Assembly (NCBI GenBank): GCA_036339465.1
Contig: JAYZAY010000061.1
Coordinates: 1 to 64,000, forward strand
DNA length: 64,000 bases
Source of the DNA: Myxococcota bacterium
Lineage (GTDB): Bacteria > Myxococcota > XYA12-FULL-58-9 > JABJBS01
Direction: 5' to 3'
The position numbers and the translations under genes are program-made. The notes beneath the pieces were generated by a model. It was not told where the DNA came from. It did no database searches and saw only the letters and a program-made list of their open reading frames with translations. Shown in pieces: positions 52,677 through 62,415 of this stretch; the stretch's first letter is position 1, and each line of letters opens with the position of its first letter.

Positions 52677-53366
52677 ATGAAAGAGCGTAAATTAGGAATC
52701 CTAGGGCGTAAGCTTGGTATGACCCGCTATTTTGATGAGGAGGGTAACTCTCATGGCGTAACAGTTCTCGAATTAGGACCATGTATCGTCCTCGCTAAAA
52801 GAAGTACGGAAAAACGGGAAAATGGGAAAAGCGAGGGCTATAATGCCCTACAAGTCGGTTTTGCTGCCAAGAAAGCGAAGAAAATCAACAAACCAGAAGC
52901 TGGTCATTTGAAGGCTGCCGGTGGCAATGAAAAAGCTCGGCGTTTTGTTCGCGAACTCCGTGTATCACCTGAAACCTTAGCCAAATTCGAAATTGGCCAA
53001 GAGATAACACTTGCTGACCTTGAATTTAAGGCTGGTGATCTCGTAGATGTTGCAGGGAAAAGCAAAGGTAAAGGCTTTCAGGGGGTTATGAGACGTTATA
53101 ATTTTGCTGGCGCACCCGCCACCCACGGTGCGCACGAATCATTCAGACATGGTGGTTCAATTGGTTGCCGTAAATGGCCTGGTCGCGTTTTTAAGGGCCG
53201 TAAAATGCCTGGCCATATGGGCACACGAAAAGTGACAACCCAGAATATTGAGATTATTGCCGTTCGCCCCGAAGACAATGCCATTGTTGTAAATGGTGCT
53301 GTACCTGGAGCTAAGAACGGTTACGTGACGGTTCGAGCCGCCATTAAGAAGAATCCTATTGCATAG
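52677..53366 (+). CDS. rplC: 50S ribosomal protein L3 (displaced from the S10 operon)
   Basis: GRKLGMT, GYNALQVG, SKGKGFQGVMRR, GRVFKGRKMPGHMG, GAVPG. Confidence 0.97.
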   Translation: MKERKLGILGRKLGMTRYFDEEGNSHGVTVLELGPCIVLAKRSTEKRENGKSEGYNALQVGFAAKKAKKINKPEAGHLKAAGGNEKARRFVRELRVSPETLAKFEIGQEITLADLEFKAGDLVDVAGKSKGKGFQGVMRRYNFAGAPATHGAHESFRHGGSIGCRKWPGRVFKGRKMPGHMGTRKVTTQNIEIIAVRPEDNAIVVNGAVPGAKNGYVTVRAAIKKNPIA

Positions 53367-53577
53367 GCCGGCTCTCAACGGGTTCCTGGTCACAAAACTC
53401 GCGATTCCATAGAAAACGATAGTCACTGCTATCACTCAGAGCAATCACAGGCTCGGGGCGCGGCTTCCTTTAATCTGTTGTCCGATGGTCACACAGAAAA
53501 ACGAAGGGTCCAAATTAAGTGCCCTTAACCAGCCAGCAGAAGTATCGTTAGAAATATTGTTGCGTAAGAAAGAAGAT

Positions 53578-54693
53578 TCAGGTCACGACAAAAAAGAGGA
53601 CACCACTAGCCACAACAATAATACCAATAGCTGCCGCTATCATCACCCATTCAGTCTTGCCCTCTGATTGATCTTTCTCAAGTAGAGCGGGATCGATATT
53701 TTTGTAATCAGGAACTTCTTTATCGGAAACGTCAGCATCACGATTCATCTCCTCCCGGATTTCCTTATCCGGAAGGCCACCCACAAACTCATCAAATCCT
53801 TCAGACACGGACAAATCATCACCAAGGATAGATTCAGAAAATTCATCATCACCATTTTCAATGGCTACCAGTTCTTCTTCAGAGCCATCGTCCGAAATGT
53901 CCAGACTTGGGTTTTCCTGGGACTCATCACCAAAATCAAAGCCTGGCACATCCTTGAGCGACTCCATCAGAGCTGCATTCGGATCAATAAACAAAAGCTT
54001 AACCGGGCCTAACGAAACTTCATCACGATCTCGCAACCTTTGCGTGCCTTCAACAGTCTTCGGTCCAACTCTAACTCCATTTCGAGATCCCATATCCTCC
54101 ACAAAAAAACCGCTCCATTCCTTTCTAACGCGAACGTGGCTTCGTGAAATATTGGGATCGTCGAGCACCCAATCAGCCTCGACCGCTCTTCCGACGACCC
54201 ATTCACTTCGATTGGCGGCAAGTACATACTTACCGCCTTCCTGAGCTCCTGAAAGCACCCTAAAATAGGCACCACCCTCTTCCTGGCTCTCACTTAACCT
54301 TCCAAGAATTCCCTGAACCGCTTTGGTTGCAATAACCTGAGTCGAATCCCCCAGCTCAGTCGAGAGTATCTGCTCAGATTCAATAGAGCACGTTAACTTT
54401 GCTTTCGTAATCTCGATGACATCACCATCTTTAACTCGCGTTTTTTCTCCTGCCGTAATCTGATTGCCATTGAGCAGCACACCGTGCGTCGAGTGTAAGT
54501 CCTCCAAGAAATAAACGCCTTCGATTTCGGTAATTCTCGCATGTTGACGAGAACATGAAGCCACGCCCAGTTGGAAATCACAGGTATCATCGCGGCCAAT
54601 CAACATCGCTTGCGCTGAAGACTCATATGTCAACGCTTGGCGGCGGCCATCTTCCAAATTGATTAAAGCGGTTAGACGAATCATTGACACCAA
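53578..54693 (-). CDS. Double FHA-domain protein with acidic linker and C-terminal TM anchor
   Basis: FHA motifs IGR..SRQHA..EDLHSTHG and VGR..SRSH..EDMGSRNG; D/E-rich stretch; hydrophobic tail. Confidence 0.88.
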   Translation of the reverse strand: MVSMIRLTALINLEDGRRQALTYESSAQAMLIGRDDTCDFQLGVASCSRQHARITEIEGVYFLEDLHSTHGVLLNGNQITAGEKTRVKDGDVIEITKAKLTCSIESEQILSTELGDSTQVIATKAVQGILGRLSESQEEGGAYFRVLSGAQEGGKYVLAANRSEWVVGRAVEADWVLDDPNISRSHVRVRKEWSGFFVEDMGSRNGVRVGPKTVEGTQRLRDRDEVSLGPVKLLFIDPNAALMESLKDVPGFDFGDESQENPSLDISDDGSEEELVAIENGDDEFSESILGDDLSVSEGFDEFVGGLPDKEIREEMNRDADVSDKEVPDYKNIDPALLEKDQSEGKTEWVMIAAAIGIIVVASGVLFFVVT

Positions 54694-54707
54694 GCAACTA
54701 CACTTTC

Positions 54708-55790
54708 TTATTTAAGTTCAAGACTTGCAATCCGCTCTCTACACCACGCTAGGCTATCCCCCGTCACCAACGGAGTCCCCAATTCGAGAACAGCTCTGCA
54801 GGTTCGAACAACCTCATCACTGCGTAAGCGCTTATCAAAAATTCGGGCCAGCGCGATCATCGCTTTCCCAAATCGTGGATTTAGACGAATAGATATCTGA
54901 TATTCCTCAAGGGCCTGGGAATTAAGACCACGCTCCTGATAAAGACTCCCCATGCGAAAATGAACGTCCGGATCACCTGGATTCTTCTCCACCATTTTTA
55001 GCGCAGTTTTGATGGCTGAATCCTGTAAGCTCATGCACTGATAAGCCCGCGCAATCTTACGGCGAGATTCCAAATGGGCATTATCGATGGACAGCGCACT
55101 CAAAAAAGCAGAGACCGCCGTATCGCACTCCCCTAGCTCCAAAAGAGTTGCGGCCAGATTGTATTGAGCATTGGCGTCATTCACACAAATTTGAACACCC
55201 AACTCAAAGTGGGACTTGGCCTCGACCAATTCCTTCATTTCAAGTGCTACCACCCCTAAGCCCTCACGGCATAAACAAGCCTGTGGGTCGATTTCCACGC
55301 ACTTCAGATACTCAGCCCTCGCCTGAGAAAAGTTCTTTTGGGAAGTATGGCACCGGGCTAAATTAATCCTCGCACTAACGTATCCGGGATCAATTACAAT
55401 CGCTTGCATAAACTGGTCACACGCCACCGAGTAGTTCGCTCGGTCGAGAAAAATAGCACCAAGATTGTTGTGTGCCTCAGCGAAATCACTGTTAAAAGAA
55501 ATCGCTAGCTTAAAATATTCCAAGGCTCGGTCATATCGGCCCCGAGCATATTCGACGAGGCCTAAATTATTGTAGGGCTCTCCATACTTGGGAGAATATT
55601 CCAACGCCAGCCTGCATCTCGCTTCTGCTTCAGTAAGCTTGTTCTCAGAAAAATACTGGGCACAAAAACTATTATGCTCCTCCGCAAGCGGATGGACCAC
55701 CGTGTTAACGCAATAAGAGCAACCAAAAGGCATTCCCAGAAACATAAGGATGAGTCCCAGCCACGTCCATTTTCGGGGATTTCGATTCAT
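54708..55790 (-). CDS. Cys-rich tetratricopeptide-repeat lipoprotein (Tgl/PilF-like)
   Basis: Signal peptide ending PFGC; repeats YNNLGLV, AHNNLGAI, ARINLA, AQYNLA, VHFRMG. Confidence 0.8.
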   Translation of the reverse strand: MNRNPRKWTWLGLILMFLGMPFGCSYCVNTVVHPLAEEHNSFCAQYFSENKLTEAEARCRLALEYSPKYGEPYNNLGLVEYARGRYDRALEYFKLAISFNSDFAEAHNNLGAIFLDRANYSVACDQFMQAIVIDPGYVSARINLARCHTSQKNFSQARAEYLKCVEIDPQACLCREGLGVVALEMKELVEAKSHFELGVQICVNDANAQYNLAATLLELGECDTAVSAFLSALSIDNAHLESRRKIARAYQCMSLQDSAIKTALKMVEKNPGDPDVHFRMGSLYQERGLNSQALEEYQISIRLNPRFGKAMIALARIFDKRLRSDEVVRTCRAVLELGTPLVTGDSLAWCRERIASLELK

Positions 55791-56055
55791 TCTTTTGTTC
55801 CCTTCAATTCAATTCTTAAGCAATCAATTCAGTAGGTTATTACGAGAGGGATACAAGCTGTGTCAATCGCGATAATCAGGACAACCATCCATCTTAGAAA
55901 ATTTTTTGCTTCTACTCGCTCGCCTCCCCCAAAGAATCTACAACCCCATCATAACCACTACAGTCCAGAAAGGTACCACAGAGGACGGAAAATAAGCGAA
56001 AAAAGAGCTGTCATTCGGATTTGACTTCGATTTAAGTCTCCCGCATCATCCGCGG

Positions 56056-56766
56056 ATGAATAATACAGACCTTCGATTCTCTATCCAATCTCTTATGTTC
56101 ATCGTACTCACATCCTTTTCAGGCAGTGCCTCTGCGCAATACAAAAACTTTGCGATACAACTCGATACTGCCGGTTCTTATTGGACCAAAGGCGCCGTTA
56201 CTGATGATTCGGACGTACTTCTAGCACCCGATAATAGGGGGTTAAGGCTCTCCCACGAATTTCGAATCGGGGTCCAGTCACAATTTAAACTAGACGGGGA
56301 CAAATGGTGGTTCGTAAATCGCTTTGATATTGGTGCCATCCTTGCAGGAACAGGGGACAACAGCACCAACGAGGGGCGTTACGAAGCCGCAGTCAACGAA
56401 ACCATCGGAACACTCATCTTCCTGAAAGGGGGAGCCGGTATCAAATATTACTTTCTCACTGACCAAAACAGACCATTCATCACGCTCTACGGCGCATATA
56501 CTCGACTCTTTAACCTCTCAAGCACTGCCGAACAATTGTGTAGCAACAGTGCAACCTGCGGTGAATCAGGCGTAGGTTCTACCAATGCCCAAAACTTCTT
56601 TGTGCACCCGAATCTCGTCTCTGCAGGACTCCAATTGGGGACAGAAATCATCGTCAAACATGATCTTGCGTTGGTTTTATTCCTCGAACCCGAATACACA
56701 GTGGTTTTCAATGCCGAAGATAGCTTTCGGCTCTCAGCTGGCATCGGCCTAACCTTCTTTATGTAG
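56056..56766 (+). CDS. Putative outer-membrane beta-barrel protein
   Basis: Signal peptide (ASA-Q), alternating beta strands (GAGIKYYFL, RPFITLYGAY), C-terminal AGIGLTFFM. Confidence 0.65.
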   Translation: MNNTDLRFSIQSLMFIVLTSFSGSASAQYKNFAIQLDTAGSYWTKGAVTDDSDVLLAPDNRGLRLSHEFRIGVQSQFKLDGDKWWFVNRFDIGAILAGTGDNSTNEGRYEAAVNETIGTLIFLKGGAGIKYYFLTDQNRPFITLYGAYTRLFNLSSTAEQLCSNSATCGESGVGSTNAQNFFVHPNLVSAGLQLGTEIIVKHDLALVLFLEPEYTVVFNAEDSFRLSAGIGLTFFM

Positions 56767-57855
56767 TGCGGTTTCACGGTAAGACGCAATCATCGACCTT
56801 ATCAATCCTTCAAATTCCGCCCCCCCCTCCTCAGGTACTAACTCAAGATCCGCAACCCAAACCTTTTCCGACGGTAAGCGATGGGACAGTCTTACCCAAT
56901 CCTTGGCAGTCGTAAGTACATAACTCTCCGGATTTCGAACAGCTTCGACTATTTCTTGAACTTCTTGGTCCGAATAAAAGTGGTGATCCGAAAACTCGAG
57001 TCTACCCTTAATTGTCACCCCCAACCCCTCGAGCATTTCATAAAATCGTTGGGGCCGTGCAATCCCACTCACCAACACGAAAGAGCCATCAGGTAATGAT
57101 GGATACAAAGTGCCACAGTGAGCAAACCCTCGGAATTTTTGCGTCAAAAAGACCAAGAGAGCTTTGCCACTGTATTTTCTACTTTGATGTTTCAACCGCA
57201 CTTTGTCCCCCTCCTCCTTGACTCCCCCCACAACGCAGACGCAATCGGCTCGCTTCAAACTACTCTTGGCTTCCCGAAGGGTTCCCCAGGGCAAAAAATG
57301 ACCGTTCCCAAAGGGCCGATCCCCATTTAAAACAACAATATCCAAATCCCGGGCCAATCTCCGATGCGAAAATCCGTCGTCTAGGACCAACACATTCGCC
57401 AATTTTTGCCCCTCAATTTCTCGACTACTCCAAACCCTGTCCCCCGCAATCCCCATGGGAATATCAAAACCATGCGCGAGCATCATGGCCGGTTCATCTC
57501 CCAAGACTTCCCAATGAACTTCTGTATTCACCTTTCGAATGAATGGAACCGACAATGCCCTCTTATATCCCCGAGAAAGTAACGCGGGCCGCAGGCCCTG
57601 CTCAATAATCTGTTGAATTATCCATTCCGCCACTGGAGTCTTCCCCGCTCCACCGGCGGTAAGTCCCCCAACACTGATGGTCAGCAAAGATGAACGGTAG
57701 GCTCGAAAAAAACCAAGATTAAAACAGAGGTGACGAAGACCTGCTCCGAATGCAAAAAGCACCGCCAAAGGAGCAAAGGCCGCCCCCCCACCTTCCGCAA
57801 AACGATTTGTGTTGATCGACATCATCTTTGACATCAAAGTCGTCCTTTTTGGCAC
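56749..57855 (-). CDS. lpxK: Tetraacyldisaccharide 4'-kinase
   Basis: SVGGLTAGGAGKTP, LSRGY, GDEP, LDDGFSH, P.G.LRE, SGIARP, FSDHH, TTAKD. Confidence 0.93.
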   Translation of the reverse strand: MPKRTTLMSKMMSINTNRFAEGGGAAFAPLAVLFAFGAGLRHLCFNLGFFRAYRSSLLTISVGGLTAGGAGKTPVAEWIIQQIIEQGLRPALLSRGYKRALSVPFIRKVNTEVHWEVLGDEPAMMLAHGFDIPMGIAGDRVWSSREIEGQKLANVLVLDDGFSHRRLARDLDIVVLNGDRPFGNGHFLPWGTLREAKSSLKRADCVCVVGGVKEEGDKVRLKHQSRKYSGKALLVFLTQKFRGFAHCGTLYPSLPDGSFVLVSGIARPQRFYEMLEGLGVTIKGRLEFSDHHFYSDQEVQEIVEAVRNPESYVLTTAKDWVRLSHRLPSEKVWVADLELVPEEGGAEFEGLIRSMIASYRETALHKEG

Positions 57856-57959
57856 TTAGAAACTATCAGGATACCTAAAAACTAGTTGTACCCACTGTAT
57901 CGGTCGTGTCACAATTTTCTCCATCCAACCCCTGGCCTAAGACCTTATAGGAGTTTCTT

Positions 57960-60527
57960 GTGAATCGCAGAACCCCAATTCTACTTTCCACTGGAATTTC
58001 TCTAATATTTGTCTTTATTCATATTGTTATTGAAGCCGGCGTATTCCACACGGGGTGGCTCTCTCAGAACAGCCCATTACGACTCTTGGAAAGGAAAGCC
58101 CTCGACTTCAAGTTCGCCAGCCAATCCAAAAAAAATCTCCCCATGCCCCAAGTCGTGGTCGCCGGTATCGACGAAAAATCCATTGATAAATACGGTTTGT
58201 GGCCGTGGAATCGCACGGTTATCGCCGACTTCATCACCCAAACAACCAAGGGAGGGGCAAAAGTCATCGCCTTTGATGTTAATTTTGCCGATGAAAATAG
58301 AGATGCCAATTACCACAGTGTGAAAACCATCCGGCAAAGTTTTGAAGCGTCATCACTTTTACCCGGAGATGATTCGCAAAAATCCATCGAGAGCTATCTT
58401 GAACAGATAAACCAGAGCCAAAGAAGCACCCAAGAGAAAATCCGTGACCTGGAAGTGGCCATAGGAAAACTCAGCTCCTCCCAAAAAGACAGACTCAGCA
58501 ATGTGTTAAGCGCACTGAGAAAGTCTTCTACAAAGGCATCAAACCTTTTAAATCAAACACAGTCTGAATTTTCACGCCTGAAACAAAGAACCTCCGCCTT
58601 CCACGAGTTTTTACAACATGAAAATAAGTCAATATCCCCCGACTATGCCCTGGCCCAAGCCATAGCCCAAAGCCCTGAAACCATATTGGGTTATCACAAT
58701 TACTTCGACCTCAGTTATGTCGTTGGCGTTGAAGACGACGAAATCGACGCCAACATCAAACGAATACAAAAATCAGCCGTCGGGAAAATATATGACCGCC
58801 TCCAAGTTCAATTAGGCGACACCATTGTGGATTCTCTAGAACCCGTAGAAGTAAATATCGAACAACTCAATCTCGGCTCTGAAATCGTCGCCGTCCAAGC
58901 CCCTCTGAAAGTCTTTGCAGAAAAGGCCAACTACTTCGGTTACTTCAACGCTCACCTAGACCCCGATGGTCCCGTGAGACAGATCCCATTGTTACTCCGA
59001 GAAAAAAGCCGAATTTACCCCGCCCTCAGTCTACTGGCTGCCTCACGATATTTTAATTACGATATCTTTCCGTTAATTGGGCATTTACTCCCAAACACCC
59101 TGAGCGCCATTGATTTTGGTGGGCCAAAGCCCGTTCCCACCACACCCCAAGGTATCCAACTGATAAACTACTATAAGGCACCAGAGAAATATATTCCGAC
59201 CTTCTCAATCGCCGACTTCATTGACGGCAGTCTAGCAGCACAAAACTACAAGGATAAAGTCATTTACGTCGGCATGACTGCCTTGGGGCTCTACGATATG
59301 AGACCCAACCCATTCTCCCCCAGTACCCCTGGGGTCTATATGCATGCCATGGCCACCCAAAACATGATTGACGGTAAATTCCTAGAACGGGTTTACGGTG
59401 TGGCAATTTGGGAAGCCATTGGTTTCTTACTCATCGGTATCCTCATGGGCTGGGCACTTCCAAGATTGCCACCATGGACAGGCCTCTTGGCCACCATGAT
59501 TGCTATCGTGAGCCTCTACTTACTTGATATGACCTTCATTTTTCCCAGCGGACACTGGATGTTGGTTGTTTTTCCGACGTTACAAATGCTCGCTGTTTTC
59601 CTCGGAATTACCATCTACGGCTACCTAACAGAGGGTAAAGAGAAAAAGTATATTCGCTCCGCTTTTCAGCAATACCTCAGCAAGAACGTCGTAGACGAAG
59701 TCCTTCAAGACAAAAACAAACTTTCTCTCGGTGGTGAAAAACGTGTATGCTCGGTGCTATTCAGCGACATTCGTGGTTTTACCTCAATCAGCGAGCAACT
59801 TAGCCCCGAACAACTCACCAGTATTCTGAATGCTTACCTCAGCCCGATGACCAAAATCGTATTCCAAAACAATGGGACACTCGACAAATACATGGGCGAT
59901 GCCATCATGGCGATATTTGGCGCCCCCGTCAAATACGAGGACCATCCTGCCAACGCGGCTATTGCCGCCCTCCAAATGCTTCAATCCCTAGGGGAAATAC
60001 AAGAAGCTCTAAGAGAAAAAGGACTCAAAGAAGACCTGCGCATCGGTATCGGTATTCATACCGGCGAAATGTCGGTGGGGAATATGGGATCGGATGTTCG
60101 TTTCGATTATACTGTCATGGGTGACAACGTAAATCTTGCATCACGTCTTGAAGGCATCAACAAACAATATGGAACTGAGGTCATTGTCAGTGAATCGACC
60201 TACCGTGCTGCCGGAGCAGCGGTTTACGGTCGTAGACTCGACAGTGTAAGAGTGAAAGGAAAGCTCGAACCTATCAATATCTATGAACTATTGGGCATTG
60301 GAGCCCCAAATCCAAACGACGAAAAATTCGTCCTGCAGTTCGAGCAAGGCTGGCAATTCTACCATGCTCAAGAATGGGACCAGGCCCAGGTTTGCTTTCA
60401 AAAAATCTATGATGATTTGCGCCCCGGCGACAAAGCATCCGAACTTTACATCAAACGATGCGAAAACATGAAAGTATCTCCCCCTGGAAAAGAATGGGAC
60501 GGGGTCTTTACCATGATGACCAAGTAG
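57960..60527 (+). CDS. CHASE2-domain class III adenylate cyclase
   Basis: CHASE2 (IDEKS..GLWPWNR, DPDGPVR, PGVYMHA), TM helices, cyclase FSDIRGFT, DKYMGDAIMA, DYTVMGDNVNLASRLE (Lys/Asp ATP-specifying residues). Confidence 0.92.
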   Translation: MNRRTPILLSTGISLIFVFIHIVIEAGVFHTGWLSQNSPLRLLERKALDFKFASQSKKNLPMPQVVVAGIDEKSIDKYGLWPWNRTVIADFITQTTKGGAKVIAFDVNFADENRDANYHSVKTIRQSFEASSLLPGDDSQKSIESYLEQINQSQRSTQEKIRDLEVAIGKLSSSQKDRLSNVLSALRKSSTKASNLLNQTQSEFSRLKQRTSAFHEFLQHENKSISPDYALAQAIAQSPETILGYHNYFDLSYVVGVEDDEIDANIKRIQKSAVGKIYDRLQVQLGDTIVDSLEPVEVNIEQLNLGSEIVAVQAPLKVFAEKANYFGYFNAHLDPDGPVRQIPLLLREKSRIYPALSLLAASRYFNYDIFPLIGHLLPNTLSAIDFGGPKPVPTTPQGIQLINYYKAPEKYIPTFSIADFIDGSLAAQNYKDKVIYVGMTALGLYDMRPNPFSPSTPGVYMHAMATQNMIDGKFLERVYGVAIWEAIGFLLIGILMGWALPRLPPWTGLLATMIAIVSLYLLDMTFIFPSGHWMLVVFPTLQMLAVFLGITIYGYLTEGKEKKYIRSAFQQYLSKNVVDEVLQDKNKLSLGGEKRVCSVLFSDIRGFTSISEQLSPEQLTSILNAYLSPMTKIVFQNNGTLDKYMGDAIMAIFGAPVKYEDHPANAAIAALQMLQSLGEIQEALREKGLKEDLRIGIGIHTGEMSVGNMGSDVRFDYTVMGDNVNLASRLEGINKQYGTEVIVSESTYRAAGAAVYGRRLDSVRVKGKLEPINIYELLGIGAPNPNDEKFVLQFEQGWQFYHAQEWDQAQVCFQKIYDDLRPGDKASELYIKRCENMKVSPPGKEWDGVFTMMTK

Positions 60528-60546
60528 GGGTAGAGGCTCTGGCAAC

Positions 60547-61824
60547 ATGAAAGAATATGCCGAGCTTTTAACCCATCTTTACAATCGACCTCGCGGGAAA
60601 AACAAGCTCGGCCTTGAGCTGACAAAACAACTCCTTAAGGGCTTGAATCACCCCGAGAAGAAATTTCCCGCCATACTCGTTGCTGGCACCAATGGTAAGG
60701 GCTCAACCACAACTTTTCTTAGCCATTGTCTACAGCGAGCAGAGTTAAAAGTGGGTGTCTATACCTCACCCCATCTACTTCGATACACAGAGCGTATTCG
60801 CATTAACGATAAACACATTGACATCTCTGCTCTCCTTCAAATCTACCAGAAAATACAAATGATTGAGAAAAATTTGGACTCCGAAGCCAGTTTTTTCGAG
60901 GCCACAACTGTCTTAGCTTTTACTTATTTTGCTCAGGAATCCGTCGATATCGCGGTACTTGAAGTAGGGCTTGGGGGGCGACTTGATTGTACAAATGTTT
61001 GTAACCGAATACTCACCCTCCTAACCCCCATCGGCCTAGACCACCAGCACATTCTGGGGGAAAGTCTTGGGGAAATAACCCAAGAGAAACTCGGGATCAT
61101 TAGAAGCAAGATTCCACTGATACCCTCTCAACAATCACCACAAGTTCAAGCCATCATCGAAGATGTCACCCACAGTCAAAATGTACCCGTCATTTCCAAT
61201 TGGAAAGAGCTTCAAGAGCTAAGAAATGCACTGTGGACGTCTCCATCACCCCCAACAGACATCCATCTTCCCCCCTACCAAGAGGATAATTTGGCAACCG
61301 CATTGACTGCATTTCGTTGCCTACAACAAACGACCACGCTTGATCTCGGTTCCGCTAAGTTAGAACCATTGGAACTCATTCGCTCCTGGAGCTGGCCAGG
61401 CCGATACCAATTCATAGACGGCACGCCCCCCATTATCATCGATGGAGCCCACAACCCAGCTGCCCTCAAAGCCCTCCACCAAGCAATTGACCTAGATCCA
61501 ATTCTTAAGGACCGCCCAGCCCACTACGTCTTCTCCGCTCTGAGGACCAAAGACTTTCAATCGATGCTCGAAAACATAGGAAAACGCTCTAGTTCGATGC
61601 ATTTATGCCCGCTTCCCATGGAACATGGCCTGGAAATAAAAGAACTCAAAAGCTCATTTCCCAACCAGCGAACTTACCCGAACTTTAAGGCTGCATTTGA
61701 CAACGCGAAACAGAAGGCAACCCAGAATCATGGATTCGTCGTCATAACTGGATCTCTCTTTCTAGTGGCCGAGACACTCAGCGAATTAACCCAAGCCCCC
61801 CGAGACCCCTTGGTAGCCAGCTAG
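60547..61824 (+). CDS. folC: Folylpolyglutamate synthase/dihydrofolate synthase
   Basis: VAGTNGKGS, YTSPHL, EVGLGGRLDCTN, WPGR, DGAHNP, TGSLFLV. Confidence 0.95.
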   Translation: MKEYAELLTHLYNRPRGKNKLGLELTKQLLKGLNHPEKKFPAILVAGTNGKGSTTTFLSHCLQRAELKVGVYTSPHLLRYTERIRINDKHIDISALLQIYQKIQMIEKNLDSEASFFEATTVLAFTYFAQESVDIAVLEVGLGGRLDCTNVCNRILTLLTPIGLDHQHILGESLGEITQEKLGIIRSKIPLIPSQQSPQVQAIIEDVTHSQNVPVISNWKELQELRNALWTSPSPPTDIHLPPYQEDNLATALTAFRCLQQTTTLDLGSAKLEPLELIRSWSWPGRYQFIDGTPPIIIDGAHNPAALKALHQAIDLDPILKDRPAHYVFSALRTKDFQSMLENIGKRSSSMHLCPLPMEHGLEIKELKSSFPNQRTYPNFKAAFDNAKQKATQNHGFVVITGSLFLVAETLSELTQAPRDPLVAS

Positions 61825-61938
61825 ACGAGAAATAACCACCAACAAAAGCCATTCTAACCACACCGAAAACACTCTGCAGCAAAAAACTAGAGGTCTAGCG
61901 TAGCCAATGTTAACCTCGAGCAAAGTAATCGGGGTACC

Positions 61939-62352
61939 ATGAAAAACATTATCGTTGTGGCTCTTCTTCTTAGCAGTTCGTTGACTTTGGCACAAAGCGA
62001 CTCAAATAGTCTTACACCCAATGAATTTGAACGCATCGAATTTCAACAATATCGAGAAGCTTCTAGGATTAAGATACGCCTAAGCGACTTCGCACAGTAT
62101 AAAGTTCAAGAAATCAAACCGACACAATTAAGAGTTATTCTTCAAGGAACCCAAATCTATAACCGGATCAATGAGCTGCCCCTTGATACCCGATACTTCG
62201 ACAGCCCCGTACGTCTGATCACCATTCTCAACCAAGAACCACCCAATCAAAGTGTAGAAATAGATATATTCCTGAGAAAACCGACCAGATACCGTCATTC
62301 ACAACGAGAACGGTTCGTCTACCTTGATTTTGCTCGGCACTCGCTCGAATAG
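61939..62352 (+). CDS. Secreted AMIN-like domain protein
   Basis: Signal peptide; SRIKIR...PLDTRYFDSPV...VYLDF pattern. Confidence 0.55.
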   Translation: MKNIIVVALLLSSSLTLAQSDSNSLTPNEFERIEFQQYREASRIKIRLSDFAQYKVQEIKPTQLRVILQGTQIYNRINELPLDTRYFDSPVRLITILNQEPPNQSVEIDIFLRKPTRYRHSQRERFVYLDFARHSLE

Positions 62353-62415
62353 AATTTGCACTTTTTCTTTCCCACCGATAATTGAACGCCCTAACTCTCG
62401 ATACATCGTTGGCTA

